NCBI RefSeq assembly: GCF_000017945.1
Contig: NC_009776.1
Coordinates: forward strand, 870,001 to 902,000
Source: Ignicoccus hospitalis KIN4/I
GTDB lineage: Archaea > Thermoproteota > Thermoprotei_A > Sulfolobales > Ignicoccaceae
Length of the DNA: 32,000 nucleotides
Direction of reading: 5' to 3'
Positions 27,141 through 32,000 of this stretch are shown here, one piece after another. Under the pieces are notes generated by a model. The model was not told the DNA's origin and did not search any database. It saw nothing but the letters and a program-made list of their open reading frames with translations. The position numbers and the translations under genes are program-made. Numbering within the stretch: position 1 is the first letter of the stretch; every line of letters starts with the position of its first letter.

Positions 27141-28385
27141 TCAAGTTCGGAAGTAGGCGTCCCTGGCGAACTTAGGCCTCCCGAGTTCCTCTTCAATCCT
27201 CAGCAGCTCGTTGTACTTGGCGGTCCTCTCGCCCCTCGCCGGCGCTCCGGCCTTTATCGCCGGCGCCCCGGAGCCCACGGCGAAGTGCGAGATGAACGTG
27301 TCCTCGGTCTCGCCGGAGCGGTGGCTTACTATCGCTGCCCACGAGGCCCTCTTCGCCATGTCAACCACCTCGTAGGCCTCCGTTACGGTCCCCACTTGGT
27401 TCACCTTCACGAGCACCGCGTTCGCGACCCCTTCCTCTATGGCCTTTTTTACTAGCTTGGGGTTGGTAACTAGCAAGTCGTCGCCTACAACCCTTATCTT
27501 CAACCTCTTGACGGCCTCCTTAAACCCTTCCCAGTCTTCCTCGTGGAGGGGATCTTCTATGCTAACGATCGGGTAGTCCCTTATCAGCTCCTCGTAGAGC
27601 TCCAACAGCCCCTCCCTATCCAGCTCCTTCCCGTCTATTCGGTACACCCCCTTCTCTTGGTCGTAAAAGTGTGTGGCGGCGGCGTCCAAGGCCAAGGCAA
27701 CCCTTCCCTCATACCCGGCCTTCTTTATTGCATTAACCAAGGCGTCCAGCGCCTCGCGCGTCTGCCTCATGGGGGGAGCGAAGCCCCCCTCGTCGCCCAC
27801 ATTAATTGCGGACTTGCCGTACTTCTCCTTCAAGTAGCTCTTCAAGTAGTGGTAGATCTCGGAAGCCGCTTGGAGGGCCTCAGAGAACGAAGAGAAGTCC
27901 CAAGGAACTATCATGAACTCTTGTATGGCTAGCTCGTTGCCCGCGTGGGCCCCGCCGTTTATCACGTTGAGGAGCGGGGTGGGCAAGGTTTGGGCCAAGG
28001 CGCCGCCCAAGTGGTAATATAGGGGTACCGACAAGCTGTCCGCCGCCGCCTTGGCCACCGCCATACTCGTGGCGACTATAGCGTTCGCGCCCAGCTTGGA
28101 CTTATTCTCCGTCCCGTCTAACTCTATCATTTTCATGTCTATCTCTTTCTGGTCCAAGGAGTCCATGCCTACGAGCGAAGGGCCTATTACTTCGTTTACG
28201 TTCCTTACGGCCTTCAGCACGCCCTTTCCCATGAACGCGTTCCCGCCGTCCCTCAGCTCGAGGGCCTCCTTGCTCCCCTTGGAAGCCCCGGCGGGGGCGG
28301 CCGCTCTGCCGAAGCCGCCCTCCGTGTAGACGTCTACCTCCACCGTGGGGTTGCCCCGGGAGTCCAGTATCCAGCGCCCCCTCAC
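27141..28385 (-). CDS. eno: Enolase
   Basis: [92 protein letters not shown]. Confidence 0.97.
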   Translation of the reverse strand: MRGRWILDSRGNPTVEVDVYTEGGFGRAAAPAGASKGSKEALELRDGGNAFMGKGVLKAVRNVNEVIGPSLVGMDSLDQKEIDMKMIELDGTENKSKLGANAIVATSMAVAKAAADSLSVPLYYHLGGALAQTLPTPLLNVINGGAHAGNELAIQEFMIVPWDFSSFSEALQAASEIYHYLKSYLKEKYGKSAINVGDEGGFAPPMRQTREALDALVNAIKKAGYEGRVALALDAAATHFYDQEKGVYRIDGKELDREGLLELYEELIRDYPIVSIEDPLHEEDWEGFKEAVKRLKIRVVGDDLLVTNPKLVKKAIEEGVANAVLVKVNQVGTVTEAYEVVDMAKRASWAAIVSHRSGETEDTFISHFAVGSGAPAIKAGAPARGERTAKYNELLRIEEELGRPKFARDAYFRT

Positions 28386-28479
28386 GAAGCGGATTACCGT
28401 GCTCGTGGCCCCACCACCGGGGGCCCTCCGGGAAGGCAGTAAAGACCTTCCAACCCTCTCGGCCCGTCGGAGAGGGACG

Positions 28480-29604
28480 TTGGAAGTACTCGAGGAGCTA
28501 CACCGCTTGGCGCTGGTGCTGGCGCTGCCCGGAGTGGCCTTGCTGATTCTACTGCCCCTCTACATTCGGGAGATGCACGGCAGCAGCGAGCTTATAGGAC
28601 TGGCGGCCAGCGTGGGGCCGCTCACCTTCGCGGCCCTCAGGCTTGTGGGAGGGGTGGCGACGGACGTCTTCGGGAGGAAGAGCACCTTCGTGTTCGGGAT
28701 AGCAGTCTACTCGCTCGGCCTGTTGATAATGGCCTTGGCCCCGAACGCCGACGTAGTGGCCTTGGGGGGCTCCATGTGCGGCACCGGCGCAATGGTAGCC
28801 ATGACGTCAGCGATAGTGATAGTCGCAGACGTGGCTCCCACTCCGGAGGCCTACGGCAAGCTGAGCAGCAGCCTGGCCCTAGGGGGCACGCTGGGTTCGG
28901 TGATCCCCTTAACGTTGATAAATTACTTCGGGCTGTTGGGGTTTAGGCTGAGCTTCTTCATATACTTCTTAGCCTCTGTTTACGCGTTGTACTTAGCTAA
29001 GCGGCTGCCGGAGACTAAGCCCAAGGAAACCAAGGTAGAGTTCGAGTGGTCTTGGAGGTGGGTGTTGGCCACAGCAATAGGCTCGCTCGTGGCCTTCTCC
29101 TCGGGGGCGGTGACCCCCTTCTTCCCGGTCTTCATAAGGGAGCAGTTCGGCTTGAGTCCCGTAGGGGTCATGATAGCTTACGCCCCCTCAGCCGTGGCGG
29201 CTATAGTTTCCCCCCGGCTGGCCGGCCGCGCCTCGCCGGAGGCGGCGGCCTTCGCGTTCGACTCGTTGGGCTCCTTCGGCTCTTTGTTGATAACTTGGAG
29301 GGACCCGGCCCTCTCCAGCTTGGGCTTCTCCTTCGTGACTGGAGCTGTGGGGGGCAGCTCGGTGGCGCAAGACGCTATGGTCGCCTCCTCTTGTAAGAGG
29401 TCGTGCGGGTTCATGGTGGGCCTCTACAACTCCATAACCCAGATATTCACCGGCCTCGCCTCCCTCTGGGCTGGGTCGGTCTACAGCTCTTGTCCCCAAA
29501 AAGTCTTCTTCACTGCCAGCGCCACCTTCGCGGCGGCGGCGACTATAGCGTTAGTAGCTATACTTAAAGGGAGGGTCGGCAGAAACGTTTGGACCGGGGA
29601 ATAA
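28480..29604 (+). CDS. Major facilitator superfamily transporter
   Basis: About 12 TM segments; MFS loop 2-3 signature GGVATDVFGRKSTFVFG. Start taken as TTG 28480 because the longer ORF start (28345) would run into eno. Confidence 0.85.
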   Translation: MEVLEELHRLALVLALPGVALLILLPLYIREMHGSSELIGLAASVGPLTFAALRLVGGVATDVFGRKSTFVFGIAVYSLGLLIMALAPNADVVALGGSMCGTGAMVAMTSAIVIVADVAPTPEAYGKLSSSLALGGTLGSVIPLTLINYFGLLGFRLSFFIYFLASVYALYLAKRLPETKPKETKVEFEWSWRWVLATAIGSLVAFSSGAVTPFFPVFIREQFGLSPVGVMIAYAPSAVAAIVSPRLAGRASPEAAAFAFDSLGSFGSLLITWRDPALSSLGFSFVTGAVGGSSVAQDAMVASSCKRSCGFMVGLYNSITQIFTGLASLWAGSVYSSCPQKVFFTASATFAAAATIALVAILKGRVGRNVWTGE

Positions 29605-31295
29605 TGCCCACCTTAGCTGAGGTTATAGAGAGCGTCCAAAGGAACTTGGCCGAACTCGCGGAGAGGATCAGGGCCAAGAAGCCGGCGGCGGACGTGCTGG
29701 AGAGGGCGAGGAGGGAGGGGAGCGGGACGGCGGCGGTGGCGGAGGGGGGAGCCAGGGTCTTTAGGAGCCTAATACCCCCCGAGAGGCTGATAGACTTCTA
29801 CTCCGTTAGGCCTCCCTACAGCTACGTATTGGTCTACATAGACGAGGAGGACAGGATGAGGTACCACACCATAGAGCCCGTCCTCACCCGGAGGGAGCTC
29901 GCGGGGCTGCTTAGGCTCAAGTCCTTGCTCTACCAAGAGTTCCACGCGAGGGCCGACATACTGAGGGAAACTGTCAAGAACCCGTTGGAGGCCGGGAGGC
30001 TGATAGCTCAAACGGTCAGGAGGATGGCGAGGGACTACGGCCTCAAGCTTCCGGCATTAAGCGTGGAGAAGATAACTTACTACATAGTGAGGGACACCGT
30101 CGGCTACGGGCCCATGGACGTCATAATCAACGACCCGGCGATAGAGGACATCTTCTGCGACGGCACCAACTTACCCATATACGTGTGGCACCAGAAGTAC
30201 GAGTGGCTCAGGAGCAACGTGGTCTGGATAGACGAGGACGAGCTGGTGAGGTACGTGAGGAAGTTGGCCGTGAGGGCGGGCAAGGAGCTTAGCTACGCCC
30301 AGCCCATACTGGACGGCGCCATACCCCCTTGGAAGTATAGGCTCCACGCCACGCACCCAATAGTCACTTATCGAGGGCCCTCCTTCACGATAAGGAAGTT
30401 CCGCGAGAACCCATTCACCTTGCCCGAGCTCGTTAGGCTCGGGACCATCTCACCCGAAATCGCCGCTTACTTGTGGATACTCGTGGACTCCATAAACTCC
30501 GCTCTAGTAGTGGGGGCCATGGCCTCTGGGAAAACAACAATGCTAAACGCGATCGCTATGATGATACCTCCGGAGAGCAAGATAGTCACCGCAGAGGACA
30601 CCCCGGAGATAAGGCTCCCCCACGAGAACTGGGTAGCTATGGTTACTAGGCCCTCCAACGAGCCCGGCGTAGCCAACATAACTTTGTACGACTTGTTGAA
30701 GTCAGCTTTGAGGCAGAGGCCGGAGTTCATCATCGTAGGAGAGATACGAGGCGAGGAAGCCTTCACCTTCTTCCAAGCGGTCTCCGTGGGCCACGGGGGC
30801 TTGGGGACGGTTCACGGAGAAACTATAGACGCTGCGATAAAGAGGCTAATTACCAAACCTATGGACGTGCCTAAGGGACTTATACCGTCGGTGAAGGTAT
30901 TCATTCACATGGCTAGGGTTAAGTACGGCGGCAAGATAGTTAGGAGGGCGCTGGAGGTAAGGGAAATAATTACCTTGGACGAGAGGGGAGACCTAGTTAT
31001 GAGCACCGCCTTCAAGTGGGACTACGAGACCGACACGTGGAAGGAGGCCCAACACTTGTACCTAATTGAGGACGCGGCCCAGAAGATGCTCATGGACTAT
31101 CACCAGCTGTACAACGAGATGAAGAGGAGGGCTGTTGTCATAAAGTGGATGGTGTGGAGGGAGAAAACGTCCGTAAAGGACGTAATGGAAATAACGAGGA
31201 AGTATAGGAGGAACCCCAACGCGGTCTACACTCAAGTAGCCTCGGAGCTGAGGGTGTCGGGGCTGGTGGAGGAGCTGGAGGTGCTCCCGATATGA
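29604..31295 (+). CDS. Type II/IV secretion-system (GspE/FlaI-like) ATPase for pilus/archaellum-type assembly
   Basis: SALVVGAMASGKTTMLNAIA (Walker A), IVTAEDTPEIRL, RPEFIIVGEIRGEEAFTFFQAVSVGHGGLGTVHGE (Walker B/His box). Confidence 0.93.
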   Translation: MPTLAEVIESVQRNLAELAERIRAKKPAADVLERARREGSGTAAVAEGGARVFRSLIPPERLIDFYSVRPPYSYVLVYIDEEDRMRYHTIEPVLTRRELAGLLRLKSLLYQEFHARADILRETVKNPLEAGRLIAQTVRRMARDYGLKLPALSVEKITYYIVRDTVGYGPMDVIINDPAIEDIFCDGTNLPIYVWHQKYEWLRSNVVWIDEDELVRYVRKLAVRAGKELSYAQPILDGAIPPWKYRLHATHPIVTYRGPSFTIRKFRENPFTLPELVRLGTISPEIAAYLWILVDSINSALVVGAMASGKTTMLNAIAMMIPPESKIVTAEDTPEIRLPHENWVAMVTRPSNEPGVANITLYDLLKSALRQRPEFIIVGEIRGEEAFTFFQAVSVGHGGLGTVHGETIDAAIKRLITKPMDVPKGLIPSVKVFIHMARVKYGGKIVRRALEVREIITLDERGDLVMSTAFKWDYETDTWKEAQHLYLIEDAAQKMLMDYHQLYNEMKRRAVVIKWMVWREKTSVKDVMEITRKYRRNPNAVYTQVASELRVSGLVEELEVLPI

Positions 31296-32000
31296 GCACC
31301 AAGGTAGTTTTAGAAGAGATCCTCGCGAAGTACGAAAGGAAGAAAAAGAAGGAGCTGGAGGCGCCGAGCCAAATATTCTACATCATGTATAGGATAGCCA
31401 AAGAGCTGGGTATAGAGAGGACTCTGGAGAAGTCCTTCAAAAGCTTGGAGAAGTACATAATAGGCTCCGCTCTCAAGGTGTCCTACCCGGTCTACGTCTC
31501 CACGATGGTGCTCCTCCCCCTGTTCATCGCTCCTATAATAGCCGCCTTCACGTTCTTCGTAACGTTTTACGTACTTTACTTGCCAGTTCCGATGGTATTC
31601 GCTTTAACCTTCCTTTCGTTCGTATTAGGCTACGCCATATTGTTCATGTTGTTCTACATGATACCTATAATGATGTTCTCGTCGAGAGCCCCCCAGCTGG
31701 AGAAGAGCTTGGTGGTGCTCTACGCTTACTTGGCCGCCCTAGGCGTCTCCGGGACCACTTACTCCGAGGCGCTGAGGAAGCTCTACGAGAAGAGCGAGAG
31801 CTTGGGCGCGGAGCCGGAGCTGGGCGAGGTTGTAAAGAGGGTGTTCATACTGGGCGAGGACATAGTTGAGGTCTTGAAGGAAGTGGCGGAGATGACCCCA
31901 CACAGGGACTTCTCGAACTTCTTGAGGGGCCTCGCCAACGTCATAGAGTCCGGCACCGGACTGGAGAACTTCGCCGATGTAGGCTTCGAAACTTCAATGG
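31292..32000 (+). CDS. TadC/FlaJ-like (GspF family) membrane protein, truncated by window end
   Basis: ATG overlaps the ATPase stop (ATGA). MSTKVVLEEILAKYERKKKKE...TM segments...SSRAPQLEKSLVVLYAYLAALGVSGTTYSEALRKLYEKS. Confidence 0.85.
   Translation, partial: MSTKVVLEEILAKYERKKKKELEAPSQIFYIMYRIAKELGIERTLEKSFKSLEKYIIGSALKVSYPVYVSTMVLLPLFIAPIIAAFTFFVTFYVLYLPVPMVFALTFLSFVLGYAILFMLFYMIPIMMFSSRAPQLEKSLVVLYAYLAALGVSGTTYSEALRKLYEKSESLGAEPELGEVVKRVFILGEDIVEVLKEVAEMTPHRDFSNFLRGLANVIESGTGLENFADVGFETSM

Noticed and set aside
28345-28479. Extended N-terminus of the MFS ORF overlapping the eno start
   Set aside because: The extension ([26 protein letters not shown]...) is antisense to the enolase N-terminus and unlike an MFS start; TTG 28480 is more plausible.
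1-32000. Search for a defence system, integrated element, transposase or toxin-antitoxin pair
   Set aside because: No integrase, transposase, Cas, restriction, toxin or phage-like proteins seen; both tRNA genes have intact ends with no adjacent integrase or duplicated attachment site visible.

Overview
The window is a gene-dense archaeal chromosome segment. The CdvABC/ESCRT-type division genes, informational proteins, C-rich hyperthermophile-style codons and frequent TTG/GTG starts suggest a crenarchaeon, probably Desulfurococcales and Ignicoccus-like; this assignment is inference from gene content and style, not a database match. Most of it is housekeeping: SF2 helicase C-terminus, LSm, L37e, proteasome beta, isopropylmalate dehydrogenase and isopropylmalate/citramalate synthase families, TBP, SerRS, CysRS, tRNA-Asn(GUU), tRNA-Leu(UAG), MEMO, sugar epimerase, CdvA/CdvB/CdvC, Dph2, L10e, Taw3, GAPDH, FeoB, RadA, enolase, MFS transporter, and a secretion ATPase with a TadC/FlaJ-like protein. 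The points most worth a second look are: (1) a secreted protein of about 1050 aa with 27 full tandem 23-aa (69-bp) calcium-binding-type repeats plus a partial 28th, a 9-unit higher-order register and a 155-bp perfect internal duplication; (2) a subtilisin-like protease whose propeptide and catalytic domain are in different frames; (3) an ArsR-like HTH ORF that would fuse in frame to a downstream helical ORF if a C7 tract were one base shorter; (4) a GC-rich non-coding segment with nested stems between serS and tRNA-Asn; (5) an uncharacterised 112-aa ORF overlapping the start of cdvA. I found no CRISPR array, transposon, or convincing new defence system.
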